From assembly GCA_002269645.1 (NCBI GenBank), contig NIVC01000365.1:124001-188000 (forward strand): DNA of 64,000 nucleotides. Direction: 5' to 3'. The position numbers were made by a program, and so were the translations under genes. This document shows positions 1 to 12,085 of this stretch, piece after piece. The notes beneath the pieces are model-generated. The model saw only the letters and a list, made by a program, of their open reading frames with translations. It did not search any database and was not told where the DNA came from. This stretch comes from Macrostomum lignano. Its lineage: Eukaryota. How positions within the stretch are numbered: the first letter of the stretch is position 1; every line of letters begins with the position of its first letter.

Positions 1-789
1 TTATTTTGCGTAGGTGGCCTGATGCAGCTCTCAACTGCAGAGAAGCTCAGCGCTAAACTGCCTGAGCTCAATTCCGTGCTCGGCCACCTCAAATCTTTAT
101 CAGTTGGCAATAAAACTGCAAATCTGAATTTAGCTCAGTCTTGATAGCCTCTACTTGTAAGTAGTGTAGCATGCATTCTAGCTCGTGAGATGTAAGCTCT
201 AACACCGGCTGTAACGAGTCCCACTTAGTAAGGCAGAGCCAGCCGGTGCAAATTGCTAAGATTATGGCTGCGGCACGGCTGCGCGCCCAGCCGCCTCGGA
301 CTGAAGACTGCGAAGAAGGCTTCTTCTTCTTTTCATCGGGTCAGGCGCTCGGCTTTTTGGTGAGATAACCAAGCCACTTTTCTGCTGGCTCATCTGCAGC
401 AGGAAGCCCCTCCCTAGTCCTGGACAGCGGCGGAACTCGGGCCCCCGAATTCTTAGAAAAATAAGTTGTTCCAAAAATTTAACAGCGGAGTTTCAAGCTG
501 AAATTTAAGAATGATTTTCCATGAACTGCGCCCAAGCAAGTGGAGAGGTGAGAGAGATTAGCGGAAACAGGATGCGATCGGGCAGGGTCACGCAAGGAGC
601 AGCTCAGGGAGCTCGTGAGTCGGGCGCCACCTAGGCAAGGAGTTGAAATGACCAACGGTGTGAAAGTGCAAATTTAAACACGATTTATTTGCACTTTATT
701 TGCAGCTGAAGCTGTAAAAGCAGTTTGAACCAGAAATTCTTGTGCGCTCAAGGATTTTGGAGCCGTGGAAGAAACAGGATTCATGCATG

Positions 790-1484
790 AGGTCCCACCT
801 AAAGTCCCACTTCAGGTCCCATTTCAGGTCCCAATTCAGGTCCCAATTCAGGTCCCACCTAAAGTCCCACTTCAGGTCCCATTTCAGGTCCCAATTCAGG
901 TCCTAATTCAGGTCCCACCTAAAGTCCCACTTCAGGTCCCATTTCAGGTCCCAATTCAGGTCCCAATTCAGATCCCAATTCAGATCCCATTTCAGGTCCC
1001 AATTCAGGTCCCAATTCAGGTCCCAATTCAGGTCCCAATTCAGGTCCCAATTCAGGTCCCACCTAAAGTCCCACTTCAGGTCCCAATTCAGATCCCAATT
1101 CAGGTCCCAATTCAGATCCCAATTCAGGTCCCAATACAGGTCCCAATTCAGGTCCCAATTCAGGTCCCAATTCAGATCCCAATTCAGATCCCAATTCAGA
1201 TCCCAATTCAGATCCCAATTCAGGTCCCAATTCAGGTCCCAATTCAGGTCCCAATTCAGGTCCCAATTCAGGTCCCAATTCAGGTCCCAATTCAGGTCCC
1301 AATTCAGGTCCCAATTCAGGTCCCAATTCAGGTCCCAATTCAGGTCCCAATTCAGGTCCCAATTCAGATCCCAATTTAGATCCCAATTCAGGTCCCAATT
1401 CAGGCCCAATTCAGATCCCACTTCAGGTCCCATTTCAGATCCCAATTCAGGTCCCAATTCAGGGATCACAATTCAGGTCCCACT
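790..1484. repeat. 12-bp minisatellite (CAGGTCCCAATT)n
   Basis: Tandem unit seen directly; accounts for the QVPI, LNWD and GPEL ORFs. Confidence 0.95.
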
Positions 1485-2019
1485 AAAAAATTCTAGGGAT
1501 TTCGAGATCCAAAAACCTTGTGAATCCTACGTGGTTACTTTTTATAATGAATTAACTGCAAAACTATATTAGAATACACAGCAAAGGTAGCCGTACAACT
1601 CCAGGGGTTCGGCCACCCAGATCTGTTGCCCATCTCTCTCGCTCGGTCCTTCACTCCCGCAATCCGACTGAGGCGGCTGATCAAAGCCCTGGGCTCGCAT
1701 ATTTTTTTAATCGCAGTTTCTGATAGCCCTCGGGCCTCTTCAGCCGGGGTCATCAAAGTCGTTTTCGGCGGAGAGGTCGACTCTGACTCCGCCTGTAGCG
1801 CCATCAAAGGCTAATTAATCTGACTTTTGCAGAGGCGCGGCTTCTCCGCGTAGAAGTTCCGGAGCAGGAAGAGACTGAGGAGAGGACAGCTGACGGTAAG
1901 AAAAAATTCACGAACAGATGAGGCAGTTGAAAGAAATAAAAAGATTGGCTGCAATGAATTCAAGAGGGGGGTGAAACGAGTTTGAATTAATGACTCGGGG
2001 GAGAGAAGAAGATTCTCAC

Positions 2020-3542
2020 GGATTGAGTCCTGGCCGGGCAGGCTGCTGAGCAGGGAGAGCGGCGCCACGCGGAGCAGCGAGCTCGGAGGCACGTTGTAGA
2101 ACAGCCAGCTCATCCCCGTGTCCGGCACGCACTGGCTCTGCACCAGCGTGAAAGTGTTCTCCTGCACTGTGCCCAGGCCGGAGCGAAGGTTCTGCGGAGT
2201 TGGGGTGGGTGTGCGAAGATGGGGTGGGTGAATGAAGTTGGGTGGGTGTGCGAAGATGGGGTGGGTGAATGGAGTTGGGTGGGTGAAGGGAGTTGGGGTG
2301 GGTGTGCGGAGTTGGGGTGGGTGTGCGGAGTGAGGTGGGTGTGCGGAGTTGGGGTGGGTGTGCGGAGTTGGGGTGGGTGTGCGGAGTGAGGTGGGTGTGC
2401 GGAGTTGGGGTGGGTGTGCGGAGTTGGGGTTTGTGTGGTGTGCAGACATGTCTGGTGTCTGGTGGAAAGTATCAACTCCAGCCAGCACAGCACTCTACTG
2501 CACGAGTACAGAAGGGCGGCAGTTCAAGATCAGGCTGGGGCACCAACCACAGGCCGCGGACGCGCGCGGTCCCTGGCGTCGATCCAGTCCAGCACAGCCC
2601 GGTAGGAGAAGGTGAACGGGCACGGGATGTCGTGGAAATTCCCGGTGCGCGGCTCGGCTGAAAATTTCAAGCGTCAATCTTGATATATTTTTTAAAGCTC
2701 AAAAACTTATTTGAGGTGCTGCAGGATTCGAACTCACGGATCCAGGCCCATTTATCGCTGAGCTCTCCTGCTGGGCAGTTGGCAACGGGAAATCTGTGCG
2801 GCTCGACTTGGCCTAAGAATGTCAGGAATCCCACTCCGCGTCAGAAATCCCACAGCTCCTTGGTCAGAATTTATTGCTCATTATTCAACTCACCAAAGTA
2901 CACGGTGACTGCAAACACAGCTCGACTTCGCTCATCAGCCTTCGCTTCGAATGTGATGCACAAATAACCCGACAGCTGCTGGGAGTCTCTGGGGGCGGGG
3001 CGGTTTGGGCAGTGGCCAGTAGTATGACCAGACTGTATATCATAGAATGACCAGAATCTATGATGATCAGCAGAATGACCAGACTTCATGATCAGCCGAA
3101 TTACTAATAACCAATTAATGATCAGAGACCGGACCCGCTCACCCATCCGAGTGGTAGTGAGCCGCCAGGAAGGTCTCGGACGGTCTGTAGTTGGCCGCCG
3201 CCGCCTCCAGGCACTCCAGAGCCTCCAGCGGCTCGTCTGGCGCCGACTCGCGGTAGCCTCCAGCGCCGGGGTCGCCCGCAGGCAGCACCAGCCGGCGACG
3301 GATGTTCACTCGGCCCAGCGGGTGCTCCGGTTGTCCGGTTGCCGTAGCAACGCTGGCCAAAGCGAAGCGCAGCTTGTCGGAGGGCGAGGCGGCGCGGGCG
3401 CCAGTGGCGGGGTCCCTGGCCAGGTGGTGCTGGAAGGCCCAGGGGCCGTGGCGGCGGAGGACTTCGGGAAAGTCGCAGCCAGCTTTGGGATGGCGAAGCT
3501 GGCGCTGCGGCTCGGCGGGCTGCACCGCGGCTGACTGGCGGG
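2020..3542 (-). CDS. Unidentified multi-exon protein-coding gene (internal exons; 5' and 3' ends unresolved)
   Basis: Exons 3542-3143, 2988-2894, 2812-2738, 2657-2548, 2191-2020. All have AG/GT borders and matching intron phases (2,1,1,0). They give about 284 aa of stop-free sequence: ...CDFPEVLRRHGPWAFQHHL...PSETFLAAHYHSDG-DSQQLSGYLCITFE...VTVYFG-QVEPHRFPVANC...WAWIP-EPRTGNFHDIPCPFTFSYRAVLDWID...-NLRSGLGTVQENTF...SWLFYNVPP... No family recognised. Confidence 0.75.
2193..2430. repeat. 19-bp G-rich minisatellite (GCGGAGTTGGGGTGGGTGT)n, intronic
   Basis: Tandem unit inside the intron between exons at 2548 and 2191; same family as 10305-11025. Confidence 0.9.
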
Positions 3543-3624
3543 CTATGGGAAGAAGTTGATGAAGGGACTGAGGCTGGAGGGAAGAAAGAAATGAAGGGAA
3601 GCAGTCAGGCCGAGGAGGAAATGA

Positions 3625-4018
3625 GGGAAGGAGATGAAGGGAGGGAGATAAGAAGGAGATGAAGGGAGGCAGATGAGAAAGAGATGAAGGGAGGCAGATG
3701 AGAAAGAGATGAAGGGAGGCAGATGAGAAAGAGATGAAGGGAGGCAGATGAGAAGGAGATGAAGGGAGGCAGACGAGAAGGAGATGAAAGGAGGCAGACA
3801 AGCGGAGATGAAGGGAGGCAGATGAGAAGGAGATAAAGGGAGGCAGATGAGAAGGAGATGAAGGGAGGCAGATGAGAAGGAGATGAAGGGAGGCAGAAGA
3901 GAAGGAGATGAAGGGAGGCAGAAGAGAAGGAGATAAAGGGAGGCAGATGAGAAGGAGATAAAGGGAGGCAGATGAGAAGGAGATGAAGGGAGGCAGATGA
4001 GAAGGAGATGAAGGGAGG
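3625..4018. repeat. 25-bp minisatellite (GAGAAGGAGATGAAGGGAGGCAGAT)n
   Basis: Tandem unit seen directly upstream of the exon at 3542. Confidence 0.9.
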
Positions 4019-4429
4019 GAAACTCGCGAGAGGAGAAGGGAGGTGTGCGCTAGCAGCCAAGCCGGCAGACATGGCTGGGAAGTCGTACAGAACTCCGCGC
4101 CAGCAAAGTGTAGCGAGGCGGCGTCTGACTGATCGCTTTTCTCTGTTCCTCGGCGAGTCGCCATTGAGGTGCTCGCGTGACCGGAGCGGCGCAGGGGAGG
4201 TCCTGCCGCCCCGGGGGTCATCCGTTTGAATTCCTCCACCCCGCTATCAATGAATGATTCCACAGCGCTAACGAAAGCTTTGCAAGGTTCCGCATGCGAG
4301 CTCGGAGCAGATGATGGCAAAGTGAATGATTACATTTTTAGAAAGGAAGATCTGCTGAGCTCATGATTAGTTGATATTTTGTCTCCCTGAATATCGCAAT
4401 TAAATTTGAATGTTCCGACTTCAGTTAGG

Positions 4430-4968
4430 ATATTCTAGATCTATGTCATACACACCTGTCTATTCTAGATCTATCTCACGCACACCTGTTCTATTCTAGA
4501 TCTATCTCACGCACACCTGTTCTATTTTAGATCTATCTCACGCACATCTGTTCTATTCTAGATCTATCTCACACACACCTGTCTATTCTAGATCTATCAC
4601 ACACACACACACACCTGTTCTATTCTAGATCTATCTCACGCACACCTGTTCTATTCTAGATCTATCTCACGCACACCTGTTCTATTCTAGATCTATCTCA
4701 CGCATACCTGTTCTATTCTAGATCTATCTCACGCATACCTGTTCTATTCTAGATCTATCTCACGCACACCTGTTCTATTTTAGATCTATCTCACGCACAT
4801 CTGTTCTATTCTAGATCTATCTCACGCACACCTGTTCTATTCTAGATCTATCTCACGCGCACCTGTTCTATTCTAGATCTATCTCACGCGCACCTGTTCT
4901 ATTCTAGATCTATCTCACGCACATCTGTTCTATTCTAGATCTATCTCACGCACACCTGTCTATTCTAT
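4430..4968. repeat. 31-bp minisatellite (CTATTCTAGATCTATCTCACGCACACCTGTT)n
   Basis: About 17 tandem copies. Confidence 0.95.
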
Positions 4969-5629
4969 CTCAGACTCAAAGCCAGCTGACATGAGAAATT
5001 GCTGCAGAAACCTGTGTTGTGTAACTCGGATTTCGTCGGGTTCTCAGCAATAAAAAATGCAACAGAGCCAGGGCAGGAAGACGAGGAAAAGAAGTTGAGA
5101 GTCAGAGCGGGGAGGGGGTGGCTGAGCGAGTGGCTCCACCGCATCCGGGATGCAGCAGCAGCAGCGGCAGCAGCAGCCTGCAGAAAAAAAGCAGATCGGA
5201 GCGCGACAAGCCGACCGTGTAATGACGCCAGCTCATTGAGTTTATCTTGCCTTCTCACTTTCCCCGACTCTCCGAAGCCCGCAGGCGACGGCGGCAGCCG
5301 GGGTATTGACCGGCCAGCCGCCCGCTTTGTAGGGGAGAATCCGGGAGTTTTGCCCAAGCAAGCGGCGGCTTGCCAGCAAGGAAACTGGAAGAAAAAGAAA
5401 GCGCCTACCAGAGGAGTGGGACGGACGAGATAATTCCTGCCTGTCAGCGCCTTGAGCGGCCTCCCTTGGGGCCATCGGCTGCGGCCAGAAATCATTCCAT
5501 GCAGGCCGGGCGGTCGGGGCGGCCTCCCCGACTGCTTTCTCTGGCAGCTGGAAACCCCGGCTAGCAACGAGGCCCGCTGCTTCTGCTGACCTGGAGCTCC
5601 GGCTTGCCATGAGCGGCTTCTGGTTAGCT

Positions 5630-7243
5630 CTGCGTCTCTTCTAGCTCTTGTGTCTCTTCTTCTAGCTCTTGTTTCTCTTCTTCTAGCTCTTGTGTCTCTT
5701 CTTTTAGCTCTTGTGTCTCTTCTTTTAGCTCTTGTGTCTCTTCTTCTAGCTCTTGTGTCTCTTCTTCTAGCTCTTGTGTCTCTTCTTCCAGCTCTTGTGT
5801 CTCTTCTTCTAGCTCTTGTGTCTCTTCTTCTAGATCTTGTGTCTCTTCTTCTAGATCTTGTGTCTCTTCTTCTAGCTCTTGTGTCTCTTCTTCTAGCTCT
5901 TGTGTCTCTTCTTCTAGCTCTTGTGTCTCTTCTTCTAGCTCTTGTGTCTCTTCTTCTAGCTCTTGTTTCTCTTCTTCTAGCTCCTGTGTCTCTTCTTCTA
6001 GCTCTTGTGTCTCTTCTTCTAGCTCTTGTGTCTCTTCCTCTAGCTCCTGTGTCTCTTCTTCTAGCTCTTGTGTCTCTTCTTCTAGCTCTTGTGTCTCTTC
6101 TTCTAGCTCTTGTGTCTCTTCTTCTAGCTCTTGTGTCTCTTCTTCCAGCTCTTGTGTCTCTTCTTCTAGCTCCTGTGTCTCTTCTTCTAGCTCTTGTGTC
6201 TCTTCTTCTAGATCTTGTGTCTCTTCTTCTAGCTCTTGTGTCTCTTCTTCTAGCTCTTGTGTCTCTTCTTCTAGCTCTTGTGTCTCTTCTTCTAGCTCTT
6301 GTGTCTCTTCTTCTAGCTCTTGTGTCTCTTCTTCTAGCTCTTGTGTCTCTTCTTCTAGCTCTTGTGTCTCTTCTTCTAGCTCTTGTGTCTCTTCTTCTAG
6401 CTCCTGTGTCTCTTCTTCTAGCTCTTGTGTCTCTTCTTTTAGCTCTTGTGTCTTTTCCTCTAGCTCCTGTGTCTCTTCTTCTAGCTCTTGTGTCTTTTCT
6501 TCTAGCTCTTGTGTCTCTTCTTCTAGCTCTTGTGTCTCTTCTTCTAGCTCTTGTGTCTCTTCTTCTAGCTCTTGTGTCTCTTCTTCTAGCTCTTGTGTCT
6601 CTTCTTCTAGCTCTTGTGTCTCTTCCTCTAGCTCTTGTGTCTCTTCTTCTAGCTCTTGTGTCTCTTCTTCTAGCTCTTGTGTCTCTTCCTCTAGCTCTTG
6701 TGTCTCTTCTTCTAGCTCTTGTGTCTCTTCTTCTAGCTCTTGTGTCTCTTCTTCTAGATCTTGTGTCTCTTCTTCTAGCTCTTGTGTCTCTTCTTCCAGC
6801 TTTTGTGTCTCTTCTTCTAGCTCTTGTATCTCTTCTTCTAGCTCTTGTGTCTCTTCTTCTAGCTCTTGTGTCTCTTTTAGATCTTGTGTCTCTTCTTCTA
6901 GCTCTTGTGTCTCTTCTTCTAGCTCTTGTGTCTCTTCTTCCAGCTCTTGTGTCTCTTCTTCTAGCTCTTGTGTCTCTTTTAGATCTTGTGTCTCTTCTTC
7001 TAGCTCTTGTGTCTCTTCTTCTAGCTCTTGCGTCTCTTCTTCTAGCTCTTGTGTCTCTTCTTCCAGCTCTTGTGTCTCTTCTTCTAGCTCTTGTGTCTCT
7101 TCTTCTAGCTCTTGTGTCTCTTTTAGATCTTGTGTCTCTTTTAGATCTTGTGTCTCTTCTTCTAGCTCTTGTGTCTCTTCTTCTAGCTCTTGTGTCTCTT
7201 CTTCTAGCTCTTGTGTCTCTTCTTCTAGCTCTTGTGTCTCTTC
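5630..7243. repeat. 21-bp minisatellite (GTCTCTTCTTCTAGCTCTTGT)n; reads (EEETQEL)n on the minus strand
   Basis: About 77 copies, with 18-bp variants; source of the 548- and 669-aa ORFs. Confidence 0.95.
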
Positions 7244-7284
7244 TTGTTCTCTTTTATGTCGGTCTCGCAACTCATTTCTCTTCC

Positions 7285-7650
7285 TCCCCTTATCTCTCTA
7301 TCTCCCCTTATCTCTCTATCTCCCCTTATCTCTCTATCTCCCTTTATCACTCTGTCTCCCCTTATCTTTCTCTATCTCCCCTTATCTCTCTATCTCCCCT
7401 TATCTCTCTATCTCCCCTTATCTCTCTATCTCCCCTTATCTCTCTATCTCCCCTTATCTCTCTATCTCCCCTTATCTCTCTATCTCCCCTTATCTCTCTG
7501 TCTCCCCTTATCTCTCTATCTCCCTTTATCTCTCTATCTCCCCTTATCTCTCTATCTCCCCTTATCTCTCTATCTCCCCTTATCTCTCTATCTCCCCTTA
7601 TCTCTCTATCTCCCCTTATCTCTCTATCTCCCCTTATCTCTCTGTCTCCT
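7285..7650. repeat. 18-bp minisatellite (TCTCTCTATCTCCCCTTA)n
   Basis: Tandem unit abutting the 21-mer array. Confidence 0.95.
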
Positions 7651-8074
7651 CACCTCTAATTTTGCGGCGAGGCGGTGACTATCAGAATTATTTAACAGTC
7701 GATATCTTGGATCGTCTCGCAGTCGCTCGGGGGATAATTCTCCCCAACCGCCCGCTGCTAAAGTGATTATTCTGCGCCCGCTGCCTGGCGTCTGGCCGCC
7801 ATCGACCAGTGCAGATAAAAATCTTTGCCGGGCACGAGACGCCCGGTTGAAAATAAATGAGAGATGAGTTACTCGTCCGGTTGACGCCCCCGAGCCATCG
7901 TTTGACGAGGCCAGTTCGGGGTCGATGGGGACTTTTTATTGAGCAAGCCGCTGCAGATCTATGAGTAAATGGATAACGTACTACTAAACCAGTTTAATTG
8001 GTTCACGGAATATAGGGCGTCTTTGGATCCTTCTCGAGGACAATTCGAGGAGGTTGTTTGGAGGTGTTCGTCAG

Positions 8075-9385
8075 AGAGGTGTCTTTAAGAGAGGTGTCTT
8101 TTACAGAGGTTTTTTTAGAGAGGTGTCATTCATAGAGGTGTCTTTTCACGGAGGTATCTTTCCGAGAGGTGTCCTTTTATAGGGATGTCTTTCAGAGAGG
8201 TGTCTTTCAGAGAGGTGTCTTTCAAGAGAGGTGTCTTTTAAGAGGGGTGTCTTAAGAGAGGTGGCTTTCAGAGAGGTGGCTTTCAGAGAGGTGACTTTCA
8301 GAGAGATGTCTTTCAGAGAGGGGTCTTTTAACAGAGGTGTCTTTTAAGAGGGGTGTCTTAAGAGAGGTGGCTTTCAGAGAGGTGGCTTTCAGAGAGGTGT
8401 CTTTTAAGAGAGGTGACTTTCAGAGAGCTGTCTTTCAGAGAGATGTCTTTAAAGAGAGGTGTGTTTTAAGAGAGGTGTCTTTTAAGAGGGGTGTCTTAAG
8501 AGAGATGTCTTTTAAGAGAGGTGTCTTTTAAGAGGGGTGTCTTAAGAGAGGTGTCTTTTAAGAGGGGTGTCTTAAGAGAGGTGTGTTTTAAGAGGGGTGT
8601 CTTAAGAGAGGTGTCTTTTAAGAGGGGTGTCTTAAGAGAGGTGTGTTTTAAGAGAGATGTCTTTTAAGAGGGGTGTCTTTTAAGAGGGGTGTCTTAAGAG
8701 AGGTGTCTTTTAAGAGGGGTGTCTTAAGAGAGGTGTCTTTTAAGAGAGGGGTCTTTTAACAGAGGTGTCTTTTAAGAGAAGTGTCTTTCAAGAAAGGTGT
8801 CTTTCAGAGAGATGTCTTTAAAGAGAGGTGTGTTTTAAGAGAGGTGTCTTTTAAGAGGGGTGTCTTAAGAGAAGTGTCTTTCAAGAAAGGTGTCTTTCAG
8901 AGAGATGTCTTTATAGAGAGGTGTGTTTTAAGAGAGGTGTCTTTTAAGAGGGGTGTCTTAAGAGAGATGTCTTTTAAGAGGGGTGTCTTTTAAGAGGGGT
9001 GTCTTAAGAGAGGTGTCTTTTAAGAGGGGTGTCTTAAGAGAGGTGTCTTTTAAGAGAGGTGTCTTTTAAGAGGGGTGTCTTTAAGAGAGGTGGCTTTCAG
9101 AGAGGGGTCTTTTAACAGAGGTGTTTTGAGGGGTCTTTTAACAGAGGTGTCTTTTAAGAGAGGTGTCTTTCAGAGGGGTGTCTTTTAAGAGGGGTGTCTT
9201 AAGAGAGGTGTCTTTTAAGAGAGGTGTCTTTTAAGAGGGGTGTCTTTAAGAGAGGTGGCTTTCAGAGAGGGGTCTTTTAACAGAGGTGTTTTGAGGGGTC
9301 TTTTAACAGAGGTGTCTTTTAAGAGAGGTGTCTTTCAGAGGGGTGTCTTTCAGAGGGGTGTCTTTCAGAGGGGTGTCTTTCATAG
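8075..9385. repeat. Compound ~13-15-bp minisatellite (AGAGGTGTCTTTTA-type)
   Basis: Degenerate tandem units with higher-order blocks. Confidence 0.9.
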
Positions 9386-10304
9386 AAGTGCCCTTCAAAG
9401 TGGGGAAGTCTTTCAGGATGTCATACAGAGCGGTGTCTCAGTGAGCGCGGCAGCCATTGCATAGCTGTTGAAACGCTAGACATGAACAGACAGGGCTGGC
9501 AGTTGTCAACTCAAGCCCTCTTAGCGGGAGGTAATTGGCACTGACTGATCCGCCTTGTCTGCGTAATAAAAATACCAAAAACTACTCAGCTGACAAATTC
9601 ACGCCATCACTTTGAGTCCGCATATTCCCGGTCAAGCCAGATAGAGTTTTCAAGTTCCAGTGATTGAGGGCTTAACTCGAGCAGCGCTCAACAAGAGAGC
9701 CAAGCGGCTTAGCCGCCGGCCCAGCGCGCTCTCCCCGTTTTTAGCTGCAAATCCGTTTGCGGGGAGGGGGCTTAGCCCGAGTCCTGATCTTTTGCCGCCC
9801 CTAATTAATGAGGTTAGAGTCGAGTAGCTGCCAGCCACTTCGTGTCTCCTGCCCCCCCCCGACCACCCCAAGCTGGCAATCCTCAGCAATCTTAACTCTT
9901 CCGTTTTTCTCACAACTCTGCTTGCAGCGGGGGTCGCATCGGTGAAATTCTGTTGTTGCTGCCGAAGTCACTGCGAATGGGAGGAAGGAGAGAAAGAGAG
10001 GGGGAAGGGGGAAGGGGGCAGAGCCTGGCATTTTCCCACGGCAACAACGAGTTGAGACGGTCCGGCACTAATGCGCTTAGCATTCGGGGATGGGGGATTT
10101 GGAGCAGGCGGAGAGCAAATGCCGGCCATTTAATGCAAACAGGAGCCCAGAGCAAGATCAGCTGAAGTTTCCTGCCTCTTTTCGATGACGTTTTCCGCAT
10201 CAACTGCCGGCGACAGTCAAGTAAGAGAAGAAGAAAGTGCAAAAGCAACACGACCGAGGGGAGGCATTTGGATTGTGCGCAGACTGCTGGCTTCATTGAG
10301 AGAA

Positions 10305-11025
10305 GAGTTGGGGTGGGTGTGCGGAGTTGGGTGGGTGTGCAGAGTTGGGGTGGGTGTGCAGAGTTGGGGTGGATGTGCGGAGTTTGATGGTTGTACAGAG
10401 TTGGGGTGGGTGTACGAGCGTACAGAGTTAGGGTGGGTGTGCGGAGTTGGGATGGGTGTGCGGAGTTGGGGTGGGTGCGCGGGGTTGGGATGGTTGTACA
10501 GAGTTAGGGTGGGTGTGCGGAGTTGGGATGGGTGTGCGGAGTTGGGGTGGGTGTGCAGAGTTGGGGTGGGTGTGCGGAGTTGGGTGGGTGTGCAGAGTTG
10601 GGGTGGGTGTACAGAGTTAGGGTGGGTGTGCGGAGTTGGGATGGGTGTGCGGAGTTGGGGTGGGTGTGCAGAGTTGGGGTGGGTGTGCGGAGTTGGGTGG
10701 GTGTGCAGAGTTGGGGTGGGTGTACAGAGTTGGGTGAGTGTGCAGAGTTGGGGTGGGTGTACAGAGTTAGGGTGGGTGTGCGGAGTTGGGATGGGTGTGC
10801 GGAGTTGGGGTGGGTGTGCAGAGTTGGGGTGGGTGTGCGGAGTTGGGTGGGTGTGCAGAGTTGGGGTGGGTGTACAGAGTTGGGTGAGTGTGCAGAGTTG
10901 GGGTGGGTGTGCAGAGTTGGGGTGGGTGTGCAGAGTTGGGTTGGGTTGCAGAGTTGGGGTGTGTGTATGGAGATGGGGTGGGTGTGCATATTTAGGGCGG
11001 TTGTGCGAAGTTGGGGTGGGCGTGT
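10305..11025. repeat. G-rich ~19-bp minisatellite (GAGTTGGGGTGGGTGTGC-type)
   Basis: Same unit family and orientation as 2193-2430. Confidence 0.9.
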
Positions 11026-12085
11026 GAAAATAAAGCGAGTGGGCAGAGTTGAATGGTGGCTCGCACTACCGGTAGAATTGGCCTAACTTACCAAACGCCC
11101 AGGAGATGCCTATACCTACAAATGTTGGTACATTTTACGTGTTTTTCTAGTTGATAATTGATCTGAGAGCGATTTTAACGCTGTATGGTTCAAACTCTGC
11201 GTGCACGATCGGCACTGCAGTGGTCAGGGTGCGTGTTTCCAGTTCTATTTTCCTTCCTGCGATGCAACCGCGCCCCAACCCCAAAACATGTAGTAGCAGG
11301 GAGCGGTCAGGATTGCCTGTGTAAGCAGTAGAACAGCGGTATAGCAGAGTTTCCGACTCATGGCTGGAGGGGCTGCAGCTGCAGGGGGGTTCCAGAATAC
11401 AAAAGGAATCTGCAAGTGCTGCGGGTGGAGGGAGAGAAGACAGCTGCAGACAGTGGCAGGCAAGTTTGCCACCTCTTCTGCTCCTCCCACTGTCCGCCTT
11501 AGCGGCCTTTGTATTCAGCCCGGGTCTAATGAAGCACGATTAATTAGGCATGTGCGGATGGTAGTCTCTGCAGCTTCTTCAGCATCATCATCAACGTCTC
11601 CATCGCACCACACTGCAGTTGGACTTCTTTTTCCGCTCTCCCAAGCAATTAGGCGCAAAGAGCAGCGGCAGTGCCAATAGCAGGCAGCCACGCAGCTCAT
11701 TAGACCAAAGTACCAAAGGGATGGCGAATTTTTGAAATGTACAAAACATTTCAGACGCGACACTCACTTTTCCAAACGACAAGAAGCAGCAGCAGAGAAA
11801 GCAGAGTCTGCAACAATGTTGGCAGCATTTTCTTTTAAAGACCTGAATTAGGAGTAGCTGTGGTTTGAAAATTTACCGACTGATCCAGAGCCGGGTCTGG
11901 GGTAGCGTCTCTGCATCGCCTTGCAGTTCAAGTAATAGAGACGGAGCTGGGCCGCCGGCCTGCGATTGGCTGAGCACTCCGGCCCAGGTCCTGAGGGCTG
12001 CTTTCAGGTGCGAGAATTCTATTGGATTCAGCGGAGAGCGGGGCTGCTTATATACTATGCTTTTCATCTGCATGAAGCGCTGGAA

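Noticed and set aside
1600-1890. Possible terminal exon(s) of the unknown minus-strand gene
   Set aside because: Two phase-compatible options (PVLSSVSS...ISL* or RGVRVDLSAENDFDDPG*) cannot be distinguished without RNA data.
4965-5620. GC-rich ORFs of 120-200 aa
   Set aside because: No recognisable motifs or splice-consistent link; sequence style resembles the non-coding foldback-family DNA.
11940-12060. Two ATTGG boxes plus a TATATA motif
   Set aside because: No downstream gene; it runs directly into the 40-bp array.
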